Below are positions 55,073 through 64,000 of a stretch of 64,000 bases of DNA, piece after piece. The notes beneath the pieces are model-generated. The model saw only the letters and a program-made list of their open reading frames with translations. It had not been told where the DNA came from and did no database searches. Source of the stretch: Rhizaria sp. SCN 62-66 (lineage: Eukaryota); assembly GCA_001724265.1 (NCBI GenBank), contig MEDY01000284.1:1-64000 (forward strand). The letters run 5' to 3'. The translations under genes and the position numbers were made by a program. Within the stretch, counting starts at the first letter, position 1. The number at the start of each line of letters is the position of its first letter.

Positions 55073-56566
55073 ATGTCGACGTATGGCCCCCGAGACGTAC
55101 AGGCGGCCGTGATGGAGCTGCGCGCACACCCCAAACCGCGTCCACAGACCTTCACCAATACTTATGAGGAGACTGTCACCGCACACCCCACGCTCGCCGC
55201 GACGCTTTTCTCTGCCGACGAGGCCCGTTCCCTGCTTGCAACGCAAAAGTCAGCGTACGTTCCCCCGAGCTCTCTGTTAGTACTTGCTTTCTCGCTCTTC
55301 ACTGCCATTGACGCAAGAAAACTCACAATTCGCGACTTAATTGCCTTCATTTTCTTCTGCCACAACAGTACTCTGCGGTCAAAACCGCTTCAGTTTTCCG
55401 GCTCGGCATCGCTGACTGGCACTGCCGGCTCGCTGCCACCGATGTCTCACACGGGCGCCGACCTCAGCGACCTCGCCGACTTGTCGCGCGCGTCGCCACA
55501 CTCTGCGGATGCGCGTCGGCGGCACGCGGCGTACCGCGAGGCGTCGCAGCAGCGCGTGCACGACATCCAGGTGCAGATCAAGGCCGCCGAGGCCGCGGCG
55601 ACGCAGCGCGAGGACGCCGCTCTCTCTCGCGCGCTTGACGCACTGCACGGCTAGCGCGCCTTTGTCTCGGGCGTCGGCGTGTACCTCGCGCAGCACGACG
55701 AAGCGCTGGCGCGGCGCCGCGAGACGCTGCACAAGGACTGGTCGCGCACCGTGTTCGACGAATTGCAGCAGCAGGTGCAGCGCGGGCTCGACGCGCGCAG
55801 CACGGCCGCCATCGAGCGCCGCCGCCGTGACGCGCTGCAGCACTACCTGGACGCGAGCAACCGCAAGGCGCACGTTGGCGGCGTCGTGCTGGACGACGAG
55901 GAGCGGCTCGGCGTCGACGCCCCCGCCGCGCGCGCGCACGCGGCCGCCATCAAGGTCGACGTGTCGCGGCTGCAAGACCCCACGCAGCGCGGGCTCGACG
56001 CCATCCGCCGCGAGGAGCGCCTGCTGCGCTCATTCAACTCCGCTGCGACCGGTGGCGGTGAGCTGAGCGACGCCGCAGCGGCGGGCGCAGCCGTGGGCGG
56101 GATCGACGCGTTAGCACCGCGGTCGATGCTGCCGGTGACGGCGTGGGCGCAGGTGCGGCAGACTCAGGGCCGCTACGCAGAGCAGGCCGACGCGGCCGAG
56201 CTCGCGCGCCAGGACCCGCGGTGGGGCGCCGGCGCGGGCCCGCGGCCGCTGCGGCTGCGCGCGACGGGGCAGGCGCACCCGGCGACGTTCGCGTCCTCGG
56301 TGGCGATGGATCACTTTACGCCCGCGGCCGAGCTCGCGGTCTCGGACCCCCAGGTGCAGCGCGCCACGCGCGCGCGCGAGCTGGCGCTGGCACGGAGGGC
56401 CGCGCGCAAGGCCGCGCTGGGCCCTGGCGCCGCGGGCGCGGAGGACGAGGGCGACACGGCTGCCGTCGTCGACCACTCGGCCGCCTACGCCAACAACGAA
56501 GGCCGCGGACGCGGCGGCCGCGTCGGCGCGGGCACTGGCGGCGTGTCTTCGATCACCACCCTGTGA
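55073..56566 (+). CDS. FAM228-like protein; exons 55073-55254 and 55369-56566; contains one in-frame TAG (55652-55654)
   Basis: ATG at 55073 and a GTACGT...CAG intron at 55255-55368. The frame continues LHG*RAFVSGVGVYLAQHDEALARRRETLHKDWSRTVFDELQQQV, which resembles the FAM228 conserved region from memory. Stop TGA. Confidence 0.6.
55255..55368 (+). other. Spliceosomal intron (GTACGT...CAG), 114 nt, no in-frame stop
   Basis: AT/pyrimidine-rich island with the consensus donor and acceptor. Confidence 0.7.
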
Positions 56567-56885
56567 GACTGCTGTTGCGCTCTTGTTATGTCGATGTGGT
56601 TCCCGACGTTGCAGTCTTTTGTCCAGCCGAATCGGTCAGTTCAAGCTTCACTTGTGTTGGGGATACGATTGCATTTTTCCTTTTTCCGTTCGTAGTTTCA
56701 TTCTGTATTAGTGTTGTTGTTTTGTTCACAACACAACTTTCAATATTCGTCTAGATAGCATTTTTCGTCTTAACCATTGTTTGGGCCAGTCTCATCCCAA
56801 GATTATTCGTGTTACACGATGCTCATACATAAAATACATTCATCATAACCACAACATTGATGAATTTCCGTTGCTTGGAGCAATT

Positions 56886-58174
56886 TCACCACCAGGAAGA
56901 AAACCAGCCCTTGTCGGACGCTGTTGCATTCTGTGCTTGCTGCTGCAGCTGCTGCAGCGCGGAGGCCTCACGCTGCGTCCTGAGCGCGCGCGCGCGGCGG
57001 GCGAGCTCACGCAGCTCCTCAGCGGGCACCACGGTGCCACCGGGCCCGCGCAGCCGGCCGTTGACGTCGTAGGCGTAGCCCGGCGGCAGCAGCGCCAGTG
57101 GGAGGCACTTGCGCACAGCACCGACAGGAGCGCTTGTACTCGCACTCGCAGCGGGGGCGGCAGCGGACTTGACGGGACCTGCGTTGGCAGCGTTGGAGAC
57201 AACATTGACATTTGCGTTGATGTTGGCAGTGGTGCGGACGGGTTGCAGCGGCGTCATTGCGGGGCCGCGCGGGGCCTTGCTGCGGCTAGTTCCCGCGCCA
57301 CGCGGTGTCGCAGGCGCCACCGCAGCAGCAACATGAGCAACAACAGCAGCGGCAACATGGGCACTGCGAGGCGGTGTGCTGAGCTGCTGCTGCTGCTGTT
57401 GCTGGTGCTGCTGCAGGCGACCATGGGTGTTGGCCGTGCCAGTCGCAGTTGCAGTGGCCGCTGAGGGCAGATGAGTGGCCCCACGGCGCAGCGCGGGCGT
57501 GCCAAGCGTGCGCGGCGTGCGCGCAGGCGTCTTTTTGCTGCCGCTATTGCACGCGCCAATAGCAGCACCACTGAGGCCCTTCATCGGCGTCTTGTGCGGC
57601 GTGCGCAGCGGGGTTGATGCACCCACACTCACAGAGCCACTGTTAGAGTGCGCGTTCGCAGAAGCGTTAGGAGCGGAGTCAGCGGCCTTGGGCACGAGCA
57701 GCAGGCCGCACGGCGAGCGCTGCAGTGCGCGGCCGTCCTAAGTCGTGACATAAGCGGCGCGCGGCGGCGTCGCCAGGCACTCGCGCTTGCCGGGGGTCTG
57801 CTGGCCGTTTCTCTCGTTGCAGCCGCTCTCGCTGCCGCTGTTATGGGTCTTGCTCACTTTCCTGGCGCCACCAGGCGTGGCCATAGCGCCGTTGTTGTTG
57901 TTGGGGCGGCCACCGGCGGCAGCGATGGCCTTGAGTGCGGCGGCGTGCGCGTCGCGACGGCGCGCGGCGTCTTCGCGCTCCTTGCGGAAGGCCAGAAATC
58001 GCTCTGCGGCCGCAAATTGCGCCACGAACTCGGCGAACACGGCGAAGAACTGCGGCCACGACAGCACCGCGGGCGCGCCCAGCGACGCGGCGGCCGAGGC
58101 GGAGAGGCAGCCTGCGCGCGCAGGCAGCACGGGCACAGCCGCCCACGCGGCCGCCAGTCCGCTCCCAGCGCCCG

Positions 58175-58205
<31 letters not shown>

Positions 58206-61200
58206 GTGGAAGCGCGCAACGGCGTCCGCGGCGGTGGCGGCGTCGGGGACAACCGATGCAGCGACGCCGAAGAAGGCCATCGCGTCGGCGGCGACGGCGA
58301 CGGCGGCGTGGAGCTGCGCGGCCGTCTCGTGGTACAGCGCCGCAGTGACCGCGGCGCGCGCGTGCAGCTGCAGCAGCGCGCGCTCGCCCGCGGCGTCGGC
58401 GGGCGCGCGGCGGAGCACCGTGGCCGCGGTGCGCAACACGGCCTCGATCTGCGCGAGTTCGGAGAAAATGGGCTCGCAGTCGGCCTTGGCGGCGTCGGCG
58501 AGCGCGGCCGTGTCGTGGATGAAGGCCACGCACTCTGGCCGGTTCTGGTGCAGAAACGTGACCAGGTAGTGCAGCAGGGTCGTGCCGCCGCCGGAGATGC
58601 CGCCAGCGGAGCGGGTGTCGCCTGTACGGACACGCGTGATACATGAGTAAGAAAGCAAGATGAGCAATAAAAAACAAAAGTTTTCGAAAAATATTAGAAT
58701 TTCATCGCAACAAAGTTAAAATGCGTCATATGAGTTCAATCTGCGCTGAGTATAGGAGATTTGTCGTACCGAGCTTCGTGAGGGTGGAGATGTGGAACGC
58801 CACGGCGGCGGGCTGGTCAGCGTTCATAAAATTGCCAAAGCGCAGAATGACGTGCAGAATGGTCCGCAGGTGCTGCGACGTCACCAGCGCCTCGCACGCG
58901 CGCACCGCGGCCGCCACGCGCGCCTGCATGCCGCGCAGCGCCGTCTCGGCGGCCTCGGCGTGCAGCGCGGTGGCGAGCTGCAGCCGCGTCTTGAGCAGCG
59001 GCGCGGCGCCCACCAGCGCGAAGACTTCCTCGGCAAAACCCAGCACGTGCGAGCGCGTGGCTGCCACCGCCTCGCGCCGCGCGGCCAGTCCGGCAGCCTC
59101 GCCTGCGGCCGCTGCATCGTCATCGCTAGGCAGCAGCCGCAGCAAGCGCTCGCGCATGCGCGCGCAGTCGGCCTCGGTGCGCCTGGCTAGCGTCGCAATG
59201 GCCTCGATCTCGTCCTGCGAGGGCGCGTGGCGGGCCAGACACTCCAGCGCGGCGTAGGGCAGCGCCGCGGCATCGGCGGCGGCGACCGCGGCGGCGAGCG
59301 CGGGCAGCGGCAGGCGCGCGGCGCGGAGCACGATCTCGAGCTGTCGAGCGCGGTCCGCGGCCAGCGCGGTCGCGGTCACGCGGGCAGACGGCGCGCGCGC
59401 GGCGGCCAGCGCGGCGTCGAACGCAGCGAACACGGCCGGGCCTTGACTGGCCGCGCCGTCACTGTTGTTGTTGCCGCTGCTAGAGCTCTTGTTGTGAGAG
59501 GATTTGATGGGCATGGCGGAAAATGTGCGCGCAAACTCGGCCTCATCAAACGGCAGCGCGGCGGCCTCCGAGCCGGACCAAATGGAGCGCCCCGCGCCAC
59601 GTGCGCGCGCCGTGGCCGTCACAGGTGACTGGGAGCGCGAGCGCGAGCGCGCGTTGAGCGCTGCGTGCTCGGCGTCGAGCCGCTGCCAGTGCAAGCGCTT
59701 CACACGGGGGCCTGTGCGCGCGGCGGCGGCGACGAGCACGGGCTTGGCTGCCGCCTTGCCACAGTCGCCGTCGTTGCCATCTTCGTCGTCGAAGAGACCG
59801 GGCGGCGCGGGCGGCGGCGCGGCCGTATTGCCCGACAGGAAATCGCCGAAAAGGTCTTCCGGCGGGGGCGGGGGCGCGCTGCCACAGCCGCTATCGCGCT
59901 CTCCCCTGCTAGGAGCGAGGTCGTCAAGCAGGCCAGCTGGCGCGGGCGGCGGCGGCGGCGGAGCGGTCGCAGCCAGCTCAGGGGCGGCGTTGCTCGCCAC
60001 AGCGACTGCGCTGTTTACGGCTGAGACAGTGGCAAGCTGGCTCTTGGCGGCCGCAAGCATCGCTGCGACGGCGTCAGATGCTGCGCTGTCGACAGGGCTC
60101 ACGCTTGAAGTCACACTGGCATTCGCGTTAACAGCGTCATCGTTGCTGGCGGCCGCAGCGTCAAAGAGCAGACTGAGCGGGTCCGTGACGTCCGACGCGG
60201 CGGCTTGACTTTGATCCCCCCGCGTCGGGCCCTTGCTGAGCACTGCGTCGGTCAGAACGGCATCAGTGAGCGCGGCGTCGTTGAGCGCAGCGGCGACGGC
60301 GCGCGCGACGGAACTGGCCACGCGTGCGGCGGCGCCCGGCGCAGCCACGGCCCCGGGGGCAACGCCGCGCACGCGCACAACAAATGTGCCCGCGTCGGCC
60401 CCAGTCTCGGCCAGCACGGCCGCCGCAGCGGCCTCAGCCTCGGCGTCAGCCTCGTCGGTGCCAGTCAAGTTGAAGCCGCGCACTGCAGTGGCCGCAGCGG
60501 GGAGCGAGACGTCAACCACTGCACCGGCTCTAGCCACGGGACCAGTACCGCTGACTGCCACGTGCTTGCGGCTGTGATCGCGGTCGCGGGGGCGATACGG
60601 TGTGGCGGGGCGGCCACGACCGCGCCTGTTCCCTGCCACAGCCCCGGACGCGGTGGAGGGCTCGGTGACGGTGTTGCGGCCGCGGGGCGGTGTGGCGGCG
60701 CCCTCGCAGTCGGCGGCGTCGGAGCCGGGCGAGCAGTTGTGTTGTGCTGCGCGCGCGCTGTGGTGGTGGCTGTTACCACGAGCGAACCCTTGGCCATTGT
60801 GAGCCTGACCGTGAGCGTGAGCGTGACCGTTAGTGTTGATGTGGTTGTGGCCGTTGCTGTCGTTCTGAGTGAGAGTGCGCGCAGCGGCCCCGCGCGGAGG
60901 CGGCGTGCGCATGTGATTCGCGCCCGCGGAGGCCGCCGCCATTACCGCAGAGGCCGCGCTCGCAGCGCTTGTCAGTGTAGAGTGTGACGAGTGTGCAGCG
61001 CCAGCGACGGGGCCAGCGACGGGGCCCGCTGCTGTGGCGCCGCGGCAAGAGCGCGGGGCAGTGCGGGGCTGCTGTGGTGCGGGGGAGCCAAGCGCAGTGG
61101 GGGGCACGTGCGCGGGGCGGCGAGCGGCACCGTTGCGGCCAGCTGTAGCGCTGTTGGGGTTGTTGCGACGCGCGTGGGCATCGGCTCGGTACTGCGCCTC

Positions 61201-61582
61201 GAGGAACGCGAGCTCTTCTTGCGCAGACGGGGCTAGGCATGCAAAAAAACACAACGCAATACACACATGTTAGAGGTACTTTGTCATCGCAACATGCTAG
61301 CTTTGTTCTCTGGCTGATGATATAAGGACAAGCAGGGCGGAAGATAGTTCAGGACGTACCTTCGAAGAGAGGCTCGAAGAAGGAGAAGATCTTGGGGAGC
61401 AGTGAGGTCTGCAGCGGATCAGCGCGTGGCTCGCGAAACCGTGCGTTCACATCGGCGGGGTTGCGCACAGGCATCGGGGAATAGGTCGCGCGCGGGGCAA
61501 CATACTGCTGTGGGCGCAGCAGAGCAGCATGCTCCACGCGGGGTCCACCTTCGTACGCCTCTGTCGACGGATACGCACCCAT
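56886..61582 (-). CDS. Formin (FH1-FH2); exons 61582-61360, 61232-58770 and 58621-56886; in-frame TAG at 57740-57738
   Basis: Short poly-Pro FH1 tracts. FH2 motifs KRLHWQRL, SIW, RARQLEIVL, ILRFGNFMN, and FHISTLTKL|GDTRS...TTLLHYL restored by splicing. Exon lengths sum to 4422 nt (3n). Stop TGA. Confidence 0.85.
58622..58769 (-). other. Spliceosomal intron (GTACGA...CAG) in the formin FH2 domain
   Basis: Removal restores the KLGDTRS motif. Confidence 0.9.
61233..61359 (-). other. Spliceosomal intron (GTACGT...TAG), formin intron 1
   Basis: Phase-1 join; AT-rich. Confidence 0.7.
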
Positions 61583-62023
61583 AGCCAATTATAAAGAAAG
61601 TAGGCTGTGTTTCTTAATACGTTAAAACGTGTGCACTTGTTCACAAACGTATGATCGGGATATTGACGAAGCAATTGACTGATCACGAAAGGCGTTGGCA
61701 TCACGGTTTCCAACGGCTACTACTTGCTTGTCGTCGCTTCGGATAAGCTGGACCGAAAAAAGAGCATGGCTGACTGCTGTGGTGAGACGGGAGAAGGACG
61801 AGAAAAACATCGCACTTCGCCTGGTTCTATCTATTCTGGCCGTCAAACGTGTTGATGTTGAGTTGAGAGTGCTATTGCACCGATTTTCTATCATTTTTCT
61901 TTTTAATAGTCGTTCTTTGTCGCTCACTCGACCCTCTGCACCGTGCCCTCTTTTCTCGGTCCGACCCTCGCCCTGCGTGCCCGCCCCCCCGTCCACGCCC
62001 CCCACCCGCAGCTTGCTGTCCCC

Positions 62024-62963
62024 ATGTCCAACATGATCGACGACGAGGACTACGCCGGCTCTTACGAGCACGGCCAGGACCTGAACGCGGCCTACGCCGA
62101 GGGCGGCGAGTCGCTCGCGTCGCAGGAGTACGGCGGCATGCACGACAACGACGCCACGGCCTCGGATGTCACTTTTGCGCCCCTGGGCGCGGCCGAGATG
62201 GACAAGGGCGTGGTTCACAACCTGCGCGTGCCGGTTCCGCTGCACCGCTTGACGCCGCTGCGCGACGCGTGGATGGACATCTACACGCCCATCGCGCAGC
62301 ACATGAAGCTGCAGATCCGCTTCGACACTGCAAAACGCTTCATCGAGCTGCAGACGTGCGAGGAGACCGAGTCGCCTCACGCCATCACCAAGGCCGCCGA
62401 CTTCTGCCGCGCCTTCGTGCTGGGCTTTGAGCTGCGTGACGCCATCGCGCTGCTGCGTCTGGACGACCTCTACATCGACACGTTCCACATCAAGGAAGTG
62501 CGCCAGGTGTCGACCGACGAGGAAGTGTCGCGCTCCATCGGCCGTATCGCCGGCCACAACGGCAAGACCAAATTCACCATCGAGAACGCCACCAAGACGC
62601 GTATCGTGCTTAATGAGGGCCAGATCAACATCCTCGGGTACGTTAATATCCCATCTTACAGTCTCTTATTATAGTCTCAGTGCAAACAACAACGAGCTTC
62701 ATCAGTACAAAGCAAATCTAAGTCACTTGATCACACAGCCTCCTATATCTCGCATTCTCATGCATCTTAGCTCACATTCAATCGCTCTGTTCCATTCTGT
62801 CTCGATCGTGTTTTGTATTCTTTTGACCATCATACTTCACAGTTCGTACAAGAACATCCGGTACGCCAAGGACGCCGTGGTGGCCCTTATCATTGGCTCG
62901 CCCCCCGGCAAGATCTTCACCCGCATGCGCAACGTCTCCACATACACCAAGCAGCGCTTCTAA
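62024..62963 (+). CDS. PNO1: Pre-rRNA processing KH-domain protein PNO1/Dim2; exons 62024-62637 and 62843-62963
   Basis: VPVPLHRLTPLRDAWMDIYTPI, KAADFCRAFVLGF..DAIALLRLDDLY, SRSIGRIAGHNGKTKFTIENATKTRIVL...ILG|SYKNI...GSPPGK. Intron GTACGT...CAG, stop TAA. Confidence 0.95.
62638..62842 (+). other. Spliceosomal intron (GTACGT...CAG) in PNO1
   Basis: Removal restores the conserved ILG-S(Y/F).NI C-terminus. Confidence 0.92.
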
Positions 62964-63665
62964 GCTCAAAGCTTAATAGTCTAATACTATTCGCCAACGC
63001 TTCAATCAAGTCAAGCGAAGCTAAGCGACAAGTCCATTTAGTATCTGCTATGCACTGCCGTGGGTTTCTTGTTGCAGCGCACAGAGGCTTGCTGCGAACA
63101 ACACACTAGCACACGCACCGCGCAGCGCACTGACTGCGGCACCGTGCGCAGTCTGGCTCTGGTGGCCCGACTGACTGCGATCCGCTGTGGCTGGGGCTGA
63201 GGTGACAAGCGAGCAGTACACCATTACATAGTTTATATGCACTCGAGCGAAAACAGTTATTTCGATATGCAATACACACACTTTTGAATAAATTGAAACT
63301 GCCATTATTTATTTCACCCGAGTCGATTTGGGCACTGCTGGAGGGGGGATATGTCCGTTGCGAGCCTGATTTGGTGACCGTGGGCAGCCGACTGACAGCA
63401 CTAGGTGGCGACAGAAGCAGGGTCATCGCCCAACCTCAACGGGAATGGTCCCCCCACGTCGCCTTGTTTTGCTTGCTGGCGCTTGCTGTAGTCGATAAAG
63501 CCGTTTGATAACACGATGGTGCGACATATACACACGTTAAGATATCATTTCTAACACTTTTTTGTGCTTCCCCGTCCGTTTTGCAGGTGTATTTCGTGCA
63601 GTTATTTTCCACTACCTGTTCCCCCTAGTTGAGCTCGTTCTGTATTATATCCGCTGCCGGCGTGC

Positions 63666-64000
63666 ATGCTATCGTCCTCTTCACCGGGCCACAGCGCGCT
63701 AAATGGTCAGGAGGCCCAAAACCACATTAGTTACTCTTCAGAAACGTACGTCACTGTGATTCTTTTAGAGCGAAACACGTCTTTTTAGTTTGATTGACCA
63801 GGGCCCTTCGGCTCATATCCACTTGTGTGGCCCTTGCATCTTACCCCCGATCTCAGCTCCATCCATGCTATTTCCACTCAACCAAACGCTTTTCATTTCT
63901 TTCCTCCCCGTTTACACCTTCCGCAGCGACACCCATGACATTATAATCCCGCATCTGTTCGCAAAGCTGACGCTCAACGTTCGCGAAGGCTTCGACCTGC
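63666..64000 (+). CDS. 5' end of an unknown gene (3' partial); exons 63666-63745 and 63927->64000
   Basis: MLSSSSPGHSALNGQEAQNHISYSSET|DTHDIIIPHLFAKLTLNVREGFDL is joined across a GTACGT...CGCAG intron (63746-63926) with a pyrimidine tract. Confidence 0.5.

Noticed and set aside
14385-57740. Pseudogene, sequencing-error, mini-intron or programmed-readthrough explanations for the internal TAGs
   Set aside because: Disfavoured but not excluded. All four interruptions are TAG, with no frameshifts or TAA/TGA. There is no GTACG donor or pyrimidine tract nearby, no shared 3' readthrough context, and no gene ends in TAG.
58726-61266. ORF-track starts and stops for formin, PNO1, PPR and others (GTG/TTG starts, read-ins to introns)
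   Set aside because: Prokaryote-style ORF calls; replaced by ATG starts and spliced models.

Overview
This is eukaryotic nuclear DNA, most likely from a flagellated protist. GC-rich, extremely Ala-rich coding regions alternate with short AT-rich intergenic spacers, and there are a few AT-rich GT-AG introns. About 18 protein genes are present on both strands: a GRIP golgin (5' partial), cyclin H, a giant PPR protein, an SR/RD-rich protein, a double RIIa-domain protein, a PH-ankyrin-FYVE-R-SNARE protein, REEP/HVA22, a group XII-like secreted PLA2, an EGF-rich surface protein, a FAM228-like protein, a formin, PNO1 and several unknowns. The main finding is a probable non-standard nuclear genetic code. 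Four genes contain a single in-frame TAG followed by 164-848 further open, coding-like codons, while all 17 inferred gene ends use TAA (11) or TGA (6) and none use TAG. This suggests UAG is a sense codon while UAA and UGA remain stops. Two secondary signals stand out. All 7 inferred introns begin GTACG. At least 11 genes have a pyrimidine tract plus YAG 1-21 nt before the ATG, mostly with no obvious matching donor, which may indicate spliced-leader trans-splicing. All calls are by eye; no database searches were run.
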